From NCBI GenBank assembly GCA_945883815.1, contig CAMCYJ010000007.1, positions 11,717 through 75,716 of the forward strand: a stretch of DNA of 64,000 nucleotides. Reading direction: 5' to 3'. Shown in pieces: positions 18,801 through 27,064 of this stretch. The position numbers were made by a program, and so were the translations under genes. The first letter of the stretch is position 1; the number at the start of each line of letters is the position of its first letter. This DNA is from Akkermansia muciniphila. GTDB taxonomy: Bacteria; Verrucomicrobiota; Verrucomicrobiia; Limisphaerales; UBA9464. The notes below the pieces were generated by a model. It worked only from the letters and a program-made list of their open reading frames with translations, had not been told where the DNA came from and did no database searches.

Positions 18801-19618
18801 TCCCATTCCAAGACTCAGCCATCGGATACGCGAATGTCCTGGGCGCTCTGGTGGATCGGAATCTGGTGCACATCGCGCCTCGCTTGGGCCAGTCGGAACC
18901 CCTGCAGCCGGTGGCCTGGAATACCGACCTATTCCAGGACGGACCGTCCGTCCGCTGGGGTTTCCAGACCGACTACTCGCACTTCGGGGTCCTGGGGATG
19001 ACTGGGGCGGCCAAGCCCGGCCACAGCCACTTCGCCAAGAATGTCGCCTGGAAACGGCCGGGAGATATCCCACGAGTCGCCTTCCTCTTCGCCTTCGGCT
19101 CCTTCCTCGGCCAGTGGTACAGCGGCTACGGCGAAGACTTCCTGCGGACCTGCCTCGCCGCCGAGAACTCGGTGCTGCTGGCCGGCTCCGCCTACGCCTT
19201 CGCGCCTTGGATCACCGACCGGGTTCACGCCGGGGCACCGGTCCACGCCCTGCTCACCGATTCGGCCGATCGCAATGCCTCGGTCAATGCCCGATTGACC
19301 TACTTGCTGGGGGACCCCTGCCTGCTGGAACACCCGCTCCAAGCCCCATCGGCGTTCAATTTCAAAACCCAGGCCGGCGTCACCGAACTCACCTGGACCG
19401 CCTCGCCCGAGGCCACCGGCGGATACCGAATCGATTCGGCCCCCGCCAACGACTCCGCCACGTGGACACAAGTCCAAGAACTGCCACCGGAGACCACGCG
19501 CCTCCGCCTGGAGTCCGGTGCCGGCGGCAAAACCTTCCGCCTTCGGGGGCTGGGCAGCGTGACCAACGGGTCCGGCAGGTATCGGCAATGGACCGCCCCC
19601 AGCTATGTTCAGCCCTGA
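15848..19618 (+). CDS. Large secreted mosaic protein (beta-helix-like N-terminus, Ca-binding DxDxDG repeat, LamG-like, FN3-like, peptidase C25-like, FN3-like); start uncertain (ORF open from 15602)
   Basis: Signal-like TLLCLLAGWLPTLSA; DRDSDGRSDLEEYFDGTDP; WPADLFYGDL, EVPLGRIDF and LLGDP resemble C25-fold proteins. Confidence 0.7.
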   Translation: MGRHDHPGPATWLCWPTLLCLLAGWLPTLSAPVEVVPGKDRTFRAGVTYLVGGPVRLEGSVRFEAGCVLKFLPGRLAALELGKEARVSWLATPEAPIVFTASDDDSVGEPVPGSKGKPSSGPYADVALLVNGAHLESGQSRWNDFRISHARVALRWNKTTTALWHFQVQHCEVGIESTDSTLALRNGLFHRVKAPFSDLRSSRVNGQQLTIARAEVLNRKPVDSTLELLRCMIGEVADSRGYTHASLDGNPNSVIPDTVTDAFVEAAGSLYLPLGSRRIRPGFGHDLLDPELAAALPTMTVLPPELLPPQVTQALYLKPRAIRNQALPEAGGINPIKLGFHHWPIDYWVEGTTVSNSTVTLSAATVLREAPGRGFRWIGSGALKRETEVQASTAAPKKRPVPSRGDRDSDGRSDLEEYFDGTDPEDPFSTLPRVLASFGFDTDRFESGDGLLPLPGSSASREPSFDRSAAGFHRTGQVLRYPLIWTRDGVTRTNLQPNHGSIALDYSPDWFHGATNDAPGADCVLMEAPGWRVVIDAEGRRWGVNRVSENFQQTLWSPLPRSAIQSNPFPGRTNWTLRFSFNADTFDHLPRESHSRPPSQRDDRNTFSLGNAIDGQSPALGRLDRVLVRNHLVPGTLGHPGLANGIVRSDRRPLEADDTERISGESLASGIRLTFPRDWEGDGDQGGFYPIGRRSWGPNPTIWEIIDRDARTSIFTDTTARPGQTYGYRVLRNSRPSLELCVAHDTPPPSDRGRALLLVDETLVESLTASLARYRADLIADGWEVVQHRVPRHVDADPQDFDCRRYDAEALPKNRANLLAIKALIRREYQAHPGRTQVAVLIGHPTIPQSGWAAEDGHVNCEDPAGIHLGAWPADLFYGDLTGTWTDTQSFKTGCPDCPRSQCVYCILGNEAGDGRWDQNDLPREPDGSPGRIEVPLGRIDFARLSHFDSRFADLKGNPKSALAVEVALLDRYFDKVWRYRRGLLPFQDSAIGYANVLGALVDRNLVHIAPRLGQSEPLQPVAWNTDLFQDGPSVRWGFQTDYSHFGVLGMTGAAKPGHSHFAKNVAWKRPGDIPRVAFLFAFGSFLGQWYSGYGEDFLRTCLAAENSVLLAGSAYAFAPWITDRVHAGAPVHALLTDSADRNASVNARLTYLLGDPCLLEHPLQAPSAFNFKTQAGVTELTWTASPEATGGYRIDSAPANDSATWTQVQELPPETTRLRLESGAGGKTFRLRGLGSVTNGSGRYRQWTAPSYVQP

Positions 19619-19729
19619 TACGGTCTCGGCCGCGAATTCCGGAGCCCGCGTTTCGGACTGGATAACGGTCTTGAGGAGTTGGCCCTGTACCTGCTTAGTT
19701 CGCTGTATCTACACTTTGCTTTGGACACC

Positions 19730-22288
19730 ATGAAACTGATTTATATCGGGTGGATGCTCGGAATGGCTTTGGGGTGGCCCCGGTTGGTTGCCCAGACGCC
19801 AGACATCGTGTCCCTGACTTGGACCAACGGACGGCCGTCACTGGAGTTTCGCCTGGTCCCCTCGGTCTCCGATTACCGAGTTCGCGGCACCGGCACGCTC
19901 GGGACGCCGGGCAGCACCGTGGCCGGAAAACAGTCGGGCACCTTCTGGACCGCCGAGGCGGCCGCAGACGGTGATTCCCGCTTCTATCGCCTGGAATCCG
20001 TGCCTCTGGCCGCCGAGACAGTCCGCGCCAGCACGCTGCTCAACCGCATCGCCTATGGCCCGACACCCGACGATCTCGATCGCTTGGCCACCCTTGGCAC
20101 CGACGCCTACATCGAAGAACAACTGGCGCCGGAGAAGATACTCGAAAACCTGGATGAGCCCACCGCAACCGGTCCCGTCTGGCGAAAAATCACCGTCACG
20201 GGAACCGGCTCCTCCTCCAAACTCTACGTTTATCTCAGCGGTGCGGGCGACGCCTACCTTGATGACTTCCGACTGATCGCTGGGGCCTCGGACACAGGCA
20301 CCGCCCCGAACCTGATCAGCAACGGCAACTTCGAACAACCGCTGGCGGCCGCCAACTGGACCACGACCACAAATACCGCCAACTCGGCCCGCACCACGGA
20401 CTTCGTGCAAGGGGGCAATGCCTCCTTCCATCTGGTCCAAGCGGCGGCCGGAAGCACCGGCACCGACGCGGTGGTTCAAACCATTCCAACAGCCCTCAAT
20501 GCCTCGACGACCTACACGCTGAGTTTCTGGTACCTGACCCAATCCTCAAGCCTGCAACTAACCGTGCGGCTGAGCGGCAGCGGCATCACCATCACCGTTC
20601 CCCTGCAAGGCGATGCCGAATCACCGGTTCCCTACTACGCCCGGCTTCAGGACGGCAGGGCCACCATCGGCGACTTGAGGGCCTGGCATGTTCTTCATGC
20701 CGTGCAGTCTCGACGCCAACTGGCCCAAATTTTCCAGCAATTCCTGGAGAACCACTTTGTCACGGAATACTCCAAGGGGCTGACCTACTTCGATGAACGG
20801 GCCGGCTTGCCCAACGCTTGGTCGGGCCCGGAATCCACCCGTCAGGAGTTCAAGGAAAACCTCCGCTGGCGGAAGGCCTTCATGGCCCCCCAGTGCACCT
20901 TCCACGACCTCCTGAAGATCAGCGCCGAAAGTCCGGCCATGATCATCTACCTCGACACTGTCCTCTCCCGTGGTGACTACGACAGCGCCACCAAGACCAA
21001 TCGCATCGCCAACGAGAATTATGCCCGCGAACTGTGTGAACTTTTCGCCTTCGGCGTGGACAACGGCTACGACCAAGGCGACCTCGAACAAATCTCGAGG
21101 GCCTGGACCGGATGGACCGTCGAACTCTTGTCCACCAATCAGGCGGCCAATCCGTTCGCACCCCGGACCACGGTGATGATCAACTCCGGGCTCACCAACG
21201 CCACAGAACGCAACAACGTCACCAACCTCGCCGGGCTCTGGTCCTTCCGCTACCGGACGGACCGCCACGATACCCGGGTCAAGTGGGTCTTCTACGAACG
21301 GGACACCAAAGGAAACATCCTCACCAACTCGCCCAAGACCGTGCCTGCCCGTTTCGGGCCTCCATGGGCCGGCCGAACTTATGGTCTGAAGCTCAACAAC
21401 GGTTCCACCACCAACGGCATCCAGGACGGTTATCAGATCCTGCGTCACATGGCTGACCAACCTTTTACCCAAGAATACCTTTCGGTGAAGCTCTGCCGAC
21501 TGCTGGTGCACGACAATTTCCACCACGGCTACGACTTCACCGATTCGGATACCTCGCCAGAAGAATCCCTGGTCCACGATTGCATGCTGGCTTGGGAGAA
21601 TCCCCAGAACGGCGGACCCAAAGGCCAGATGCGAGAGGTGCTGCGAGTCATCCTGAAGAGCGAGCTCTTCCGCAACCCGAACACCGCGGCGGCCAAGGTG
21701 AAGACACCGCTGGAGTTCGCTGCCTCCACCCTGCGGGCGTTCCGGGCCGTGAAGCCTGACGGAACCACCACCGCCACGGCAGATGCAGCCAACCTGGTCG
21801 CCTCGGGCGGTCTGCTCGACCGGGCAGGTCGCATGCGCCTCTTCGACCGGGCTGACCCCGACGGGTACGCCGAAGATGCCGGTAGTTGGATCAGCGCAGG
21901 CACCCTCGGTGAGCGGTTGCGCTATGTGCAGTCGTTGGCCTTGGCCGGTGCGGGTCTGGCGAGCGGAACCGGCGTCCGCAGTTCACCCGATTCATCGGGG
22001 TCAAGTCGGATAGATCCTTCCGCGCTGCTGACCCTTCGGCTGACCAACGGGGCCAACCGGTCGGCCGAGGCGGTCACCGATGAGTTGCTGCGCCTTCTCT
22101 TCCCCTCGGAAGGGGCTGGCAACCTCAGCCAATACCAGGCACTGGCCATCCAGTTTCTCAATACAGCAGACAATGGCACCACCGCCTCCGACTTTTCGAG
22201 ACTGGTCCCGGGAACCAAGGAGTATGACGGCCGAGTCCGAGGCCTGGTCGCCCTGCTGCTGAGCACACCCCGCTTTCAGGAACAATGA
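19730..22288 (+). CDS. DUF1800-family protein with inserted CBM4/9-like domain
   Basis: LLNRIAYGP, FLENHFVT, SAESPAMIIYLD, NENYARELCELF, KVKTPLEF and C-terminal LLLSTPRFQEQ. Confidence 0.88.
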   Translation: MKLIYIGWMLGMALGWPRLVAQTPDIVSLTWTNGRPSLEFRLVPSVSDYRVRGTGTLGTPGSTVAGKQSGTFWTAEAAADGDSRFYRLESVPLAAETVRASTLLNRIAYGPTPDDLDRLATLGTDAYIEEQLAPEKILENLDEPTATGPVWRKITVTGTGSSSKLYVYLSGAGDAYLDDFRLIAGASDTGTAPNLISNGNFEQPLAAANWTTTTNTANSARTTDFVQGGNASFHLVQAAAGSTGTDAVVQTIPTALNASTTYTLSFWYLTQSSSLQLTVRLSGSGITITVPLQGDAESPVPYYARLQDGRATIGDLRAWHVLHAVQSRRQLAQIFQQFLENHFVTEYSKGLTYFDERAGLPNAWSGPESTRQEFKENLRWRKAFMAPQCTFHDLLKISAESPAMIIYLDTVLSRGDYDSATKTNRIANENYARELCELFAFGVDNGYDQGDLEQISRAWTGWTVELLSTNQAANPFAPRTTVMINSGLTNATERNNVTNLAGLWSFRYRTDRHDTRVKWVFYERDTKGNILTNSPKTVPARFGPPWAGRTYGLKLNNGSTTNGIQDGYQILRHMADQPFTQEYLSVKLCRLLVHDNFHHGYDFTDSDTSPEESLVHDCMLAWENPQNGGPKGQMREVLRVILKSELFRNPNTAAAKVKTPLEFAASTLRAFRAVKPDGTTTATADAANLVASGGLLDRAGRMRLFDRADPDGYAEDAGSWISAGTLGERLRYVQSLALAGAGLASGTGVRSSPDSSGSSRIDPSALLTLRLTNGANRSAEAVTDELLRLLFPSEGAGNLSQYQALAIQFLNTADNGTTASDFSRLVPGTKEYDGRVRGLVALLLSTPRFQEQ

Positions 22289-22332
22289 GGTCCGGCAACC
22301 CACCGCAGACACCGAGGCTACAAAACAGCGCC

Positions 22333-23949
22333 ATGAACACGCCCCACATCCTCACCCGCCGAAACTTCTTCAGCACCGCCAGCGGCCTGGCGGCCACGGC
22401 CGCCCTCAGTTCGCTGACCGACGTGCCGCTCTTCGTCCAGAAGGCGCTCGCGGAAGGCGGCCTCGGGCAACCCGATGCCAACGGGCGCGTCAAGAAACTG
22501 CTCTTCATCTTCCTGCGCGGGGCCAATGACGGCCTCAACAACGTCATCCCCCACGGCGACGACGCCTACGGCCCCAAGATCCGCGACAACATCGCCATCC
22601 CGGTCGATCCCACACAAAGCTGGAACGTTCAAGGCAAGGCGCTGTTTCCTGAGGCGGGCACTACCGGGGCCACGTTTGCCTATCCTTACTCCCTGCCGCT
22701 GGGCAATGGGTTTGCCGGCCTGCATCCGGCGCTCAAGTTCCTGACGCCGGTTTACAACGCGGGAGAATTGGCCCTCATCCACCGGGTGGCCTACCCGCAG
22801 CAATCGCGCTCGCATTTCGACTCCCAGGCCTACTGGGAGACCGGGGCTCCGCGGGCCAACATGGTGAAGGACGGCCTGCTCTACCGAGCGATGGTCGAGT
22901 CGGGGCGTCCGGGCAAGAACTCGCTGACCGGCGTCTCCTTCCAGAATTCGCTGCCGCTCCTCCTGCGCGGATCCCGCGCGGCGATGACGAATTTGTCCGA
23001 TCCGACCCGCTACGATTTGCTGGGTGTACCCAACACCCTGGAGGGCAATCTCAAGGCGGGCCGAGCGTTGGATGCAGCCACCAAATCGGCATTCCCCGGC
23101 AAGGTCAATCGGGACCTCCTCCAGCAGCAGTACGAGAACATGCGGCGCACGTTGGAGATTTTCGCCGGCATGGATTTCAGCGAGACCGGCAACACCTTCG
23201 TCGACGGCGATAAAACCGACGGGAACAAACCGTATTATCTGTTCCCGACCACCAACGCCAAGAACGGAGCGGGACCGTCCGGGAACACCAATCCCGGCTA
23301 TGTGGTTCCCACTTCCGCCTACGGCTACTTCAACCAACTCAAGTCGGCGGCATTGGTCCTCAACAAGACCGATGCCCTCGTGGCCGGTACCCAAATCGAC
23401 GGCTGGGACACCCACAGCAACCAAGGCGGGGTCACCGGCGCCCACGCAAGCTTGTTGCAGCGTGTCGGCTGGTCAATCTACGCGCTCCGGCAGTATTTCC
23501 GCCGGTATGCCGACCAGTGCCGCTGGGACGATCTGGTCATCGTGACCTTGTCGGAGTTCGGTCGCACCACCATCGAGAATTCCGACAACGGCACCGACCA
23601 CGCCGAGGCCAGCGTCATGTACGTCGCTGGTGGCGGCATCAAGGGGTTGCGCACCGACGCCACCGGCAAGGTGACCCACAGTGGTGTTTTCAACTGCGGC
23701 CCATCGGATCCGGTGGCTTGGCAAACGGGCATGAATGGCTCGATGTTCCAGAGCACCGGCCGCTACTTGCAGCGCGCGACCGATTTCCGCTCGGTGATGG
23801 GCAAGGTCATCCGCGATCATCTCGGGGCCAGCCAGGAGCAACTCAACCGCATCATTCCCGGCTACGCCGACCCGAACCAAAGCCTCAAGTCCGGCGGCAT
23901 CCAGTCTCAGGACAAGGTTCGCATCACCGGCGAGCCCGACTTGATTTGA
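22333..23949 (+). CDS. DUF1501-family protein (Tat signal)
   Basis: TRRNFFS twin-arginine signal, FIFLRGANDGLN, SRSHFDSQ, GWDTHSNQ, SEFGRT and GTDH. Confidence 0.9.
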   Translation: MNTPHILTRRNFFSTASGLAATAALSSLTDVPLFVQKALAEGGLGQPDANGRVKKLLFIFLRGANDGLNNVIPHGDDAYGPKIRDNIAIPVDPTQSWNVQGKALFPEAGTTGATFAYPYSLPLGNGFAGLHPALKFLTPVYNAGELALIHRVAYPQQSRSHFDSQAYWETGAPRANMVKDGLLYRAMVESGRPGKNSLTGVSFQNSLPLLLRGSRAAMTNLSDPTRYDLLGVPNTLEGNLKAGRALDAATKSAFPGKVNRDLLQQQYENMRRTLEIFAGMDFSETGNTFVDGDKTDGNKPYYLFPTTNAKNGAGPSGNTNPGYVVPTSAYGYFNQLKSAALVLNKTDALVAGTQIDGWDTHSNQGGVTGAHASLLQRVGWSIYALRQYFRRYADQCRWDDLVIVTLSEFGRTTIENSDNGTDHAEASVMYVAGGGIKGLRTDATGKVTHSGVFNCGPSDPVAWQTGMNGSMFQSTGRYLQRATDFRSVMGKVIRDHLGASQEQLNRIIPGYADPNQSLKSGGIQSQDKVRITGEPDLI

Positions 23950-24060
23950 GCGACGTGAAGTCTTCAACGAGATCAGAGCCGGGAAAAACAAGCCAAGCAG
24001 AGAGGAAGAAAAGGCCTCGCCCGGCTTGAAATCCTCAGGCCTTCGGCCGACAACTCACCC

Positions 24061-25497
24061 GTGACTTCGATCAAGTTCGGTACCTCCGGATGGCGTGGGC
24101 TCATCGCCCGGGACTTCACCTTCGAGAACGTGCGGTTCGCTGCGCAAGGCATCGCCGACTATCTGCTCGAGGAACTCAAGGCGGCCGGAGACACCGCTGC
24201 CTCCCAAAAACTCGAAGTCATCATCGGTCACGACACCCGGTTCCTGGGCCGGGAATTTTCACTGGCCGTGGCCGAAGTGCTGGCCGCCAACGGGCTGGTC
24301 CCTCTGCTCTGCAAGCGGGACGCGCCGACACCGGTCATCGCCCACGCGATTCGGGTGCGTAAGGCCTTGGGCGGCATCAACATGACCGCCAGCCACAACC
24401 CGGCCGAATACCAGGGCCTCAAGTTCAGCGTCTCCAACGGTGCCGCCGCCCCTCCCGAAGTCACCCGCCGCATCGAAGGACACATCCGCCACCGTCAGGA
24501 ATCGGGCTGGACCTTCCAGGCCGGATTGGTCGGCTCGTTCCGCTGCAAAGAGATCGATCCAGCCCCGGCTTACCTCAAGCAACTGCGCAAACTCATCCAG
24601 TTTGATGTCATCAAGAAGGCCAAGCTCAAGGTCGCCGTCGAGTTGATGTACGGCACCGGTCGCGGCTACCTCGACACGCTGCTCGAAGAAGACGGTGGGG
24701 CCAAGGTCCTGCGGTTCCACGACACGTTGAATCCCAGCTTTGGCGGACATCATCCGGAACCCAATGCCGAGGGCATGGAACCAGCCCGCGCGGCGATTCT
24801 GGCCGGCAAGGCGACCCTGGGTCTGGGCCTCGACGGGGATGCCGACCGTTTCGGCATCGTAGACCGCGACGGCACCTGGCTCACCCCCAACCAAATCCTC
24901 GCCCTGGTCCTCTATCACCTGAAGAAGAACCGTGGCTGGACCGGCGCGGTGGTGCGCACAGTTCCGACCAGCCATCAGGTCGATGCGGTGGCCGAACTGC
25001 TGGGAGTGCCCGTTCACGAGACCCCCGTGGGCTTCAAATACATTGGGGCCCTGATGGAATCGGAACCCATCATCGTGGGCGGTGAAGAGTCCGGCGGTCT
25101 CAGCGTGAAGGGTCACGTGCCCGAGAAGGACGGCATCCTGGCGTGCCTGCTCATGGCCGAACTCGTGGCCACCGAGAAGAAGCCCCTGATGAAGATCTTG
25201 GCTGATCTGGAGAAAAAGACCGGCGAGTTCCACACCACGCGCATCAACGTGGCCATTCCGCCCGACAAGAAAGAGGCGCTGCTCCAGCGACTGGCTGCAG
25301 GTCTCGACAAGGTCGGCACGGCCAAGGTGCAGCAATTCATCACCACCGACGGCTTCAAGTTCTTGTTGCCGAACCGCGAATGGGTCGCCTTTCGCGCCAG
25401 CGGCACCGAGCCTTTGATTCGCTGCTACATCGAAGCCAAGTCGGCCGCCCAGCTCAAGAAGCTCGAGAAGGCTTGCCGCGCTCTGCTGCTGGCCTGA
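24061..25497 (+). CDS. Phosphoglucomutase/phosphomannomutase family protein
   Basis: FGTSGWRG, TASHNP phospho-Ser loop, DGDADR metal loop, GEESG sugar loop and RASGTEP. Confidence 0.95.
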   Translation: MTSIKFGTSGWRGLIARDFTFENVRFAAQGIADYLLEELKAAGDTAASQKLEVIIGHDTRFLGREFSLAVAEVLAANGLVPLLCKRDAPTPVIAHAIRVRKALGGINMTASHNPAEYQGLKFSVSNGAAAPPEVTRRIEGHIRHRQESGWTFQAGLVGSFRCKEIDPAPAYLKQLRKLIQFDVIKKAKLKVAVELMYGTGRGYLDTLLEEDGGAKVLRFHDTLNPSFGGHHPEPNAEGMEPARAAILAGKATLGLGLDGDADRFGIVDRDGTWLTPNQILALVLYHLKKNRGWTGAVVRTVPTSHQVDAVAELLGVPVHETPVGFKYIGALMESEPIIVGGEESGGLSVKGHVPEKDGILACLLMAELVATEKKPLMKILADLEKKTGEFHTTRINVAIPPDKKEALLQRLAAGLDKVGTAKVQQFITTDGFKFLLPNREWVAFRASGTEPLIRCYIEAKSAAQLKKLEKACRALLLA

Positions 25498-25558
25498 GTG
25501 CCAAAAGGCTTTGCTCGCGCTTCTAAAGCCGGGTGCAAGAGCTCCTGCTCCCAATCGC

Positions 25559-27064
25559 TCAAGCCAACACGGCTTGAACTACCTCGCCGTGGACATCGGT
25601 CAGACGGCGTTCGAGTCCATTGTGGTAGTAGGTGAGTCGCTCGTGATCGAGTCCGAGCAAGTGCAGGATTGTGGCGTGGAAGTCGTGCACGGTGACCACG
25701 TTCTCGATGGATTTGTAACCGAACTCATCGGTGGCCCCATGGCTGAAGCCCTTTTTCACACCGGCTCCCGCCATCCAGCAGGTAAACCCAGCCGGGTTGT
25801 GGTCGCGTCCTTTGGCCCCCTTCTGAAAGGTGGGCATGCGCCCGAATTCGGTGCACCACACCACCAGCGTGTCTTCCAATAGACCGCGCTGGCGCAAGTC
25901 GATGAGCAGACCGGCCGTCGGCTTGTCGAGGACGGGTCCGTGCAGACTGTATTGGCTGGCGATGTCCTTGTGGCCATCCCAGTTGCTCACCCCTTCGCCG
26001 CCGGTCTGGTAGGCCCCATTGAAGAGCTGAACGAATCGAACCCCCTTTTCGATCAACCGGCGGGCGAGGATGCAATTGCGGGCATAGGCTGTGCGAGTGT
26101 CCTTGATCTTGGTGCCGCCCTCGTCGGCACCATACAAGCGAAGGATGTGTTCGGGCTCGCTCGACAAGTTGGCCACCTCCGGGACGGTGAGCTGCATGCG
26201 GGCGGCCAATTCGTAGCTGGCAATTCGCGCGGCCAGTTCGGTGTCGCCGGGAAACCGCTCGGCGTGGCGTTCATTGAGGCGCTGGAGAAAACTCCGCGTG
26301 GCGCTGTCACTGGAGGCGGCCACGCCACCGGGGCGCGCCAGATTGCGGATCGGGTTTGTGGCGTTGAACTCGGTGCCCTGGAAAGCCGCCGGCAAAAAGC
26401 CGGGAGCCCAATTGTTGACGCTGTTCTGAGGCTTCCCACGCGAATCCGGAATGGCCACATAGGCGGGCAGGCTCTGATCGTCGCTGCCCAGCGCATAGGT
26501 CATCCAGGCGCCCATGCTGGGAAATCCATCCAGCGTGTAGCCGGTGGACATGTAATTCTCGCCGGGGCCGTGCGTGTTGGTCTTCCCCTGCATGGAGTGG
26601 ATGAAGCACATCTCATCAACCAGATCGCCCAAGTGCGGCAGGAGGTCGGAGATCATCTTGCCGCTCTGGCCGCGCGGACGGAACTCCCACGGGCTCTTGT
26701 TCAGCGCACCCTGCTCGCCCTGGAAGGTGATGAGCTTCTCGGTGCCGGGCATGGGCTGGCCGTGTCGGCGGATCAACTCCGGCTTGTAGTCGAAGGTGTC
26801 GAGCTGGCTGCAGGCCCCACTGCAGAAAATCACCAGCACGTTCTTGGCACGCGGGGGGAAGTGGGATTGGCGCGCCCCGTAAGGATGGCCGGGTTCGATC
26901 AGGGGCCGAAGCGGCTCCCGGCGGTCTGCATTCTCAGCGAGCAACCCCTGGCGACCCAGCAAATGGGTCAAGGCAATGGAACCGAGGCCGAGGCCGGTGT
27001 CGCCGAGGAAGCGCCGCCGATTGAGCAGCGGGCTTTGAAAGGCAGGAGGGATCGGGGCGCTCAT
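25559..27064 (-). CDS. DUF1501-family protein (Tat signal)
   Basis: [41 protein letters not shown] and GRDHNP; start overlaps the upstream stop (ATGA). Confidence 0.92.
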   Translation of the reverse strand: MSAPIPPAFQSPLLNRRRFLGDTGLGLGSIALTHLLGRQGLLAENADRREPLRPLIEPGHPYGARQSHFPPRAKNVLVIFCSGACSQLDTFDYKPELIRRHGQPMPGTEKLITFQGEQGALNKSPWEFRPRGQSGKMISDLLPHLGDLVDEMCFIHSMQGKTNTHGPGENYMSTGYTLDGFPSMGAWMTYALGSDDQSLPAYVAIPDSRGKPQNSVNNWAPGFLPAAFQGTEFNATNPIRNLARPGGVAASSDSATRSFLQRLNERHAERFPGDTELAARIASYELAARMQLTVPEVANLSSEPEHILRLYGADEGGTKIKDTRTAYARNCILARRLIEKGVRFVQLFNGAYQTGGEGVSNWDGHKDIASQYSLHGPVLDKPTAGLLIDLRQRGLLEDTLVVWCTEFGRMPTFQKGAKGRDHNPAGFTCWMAGAGVKKGFSHGATDEFGYKSIENVVTVHDFHATILHLLGLDHERLTYYHNGLERRLTDVHGEVVQAVLA

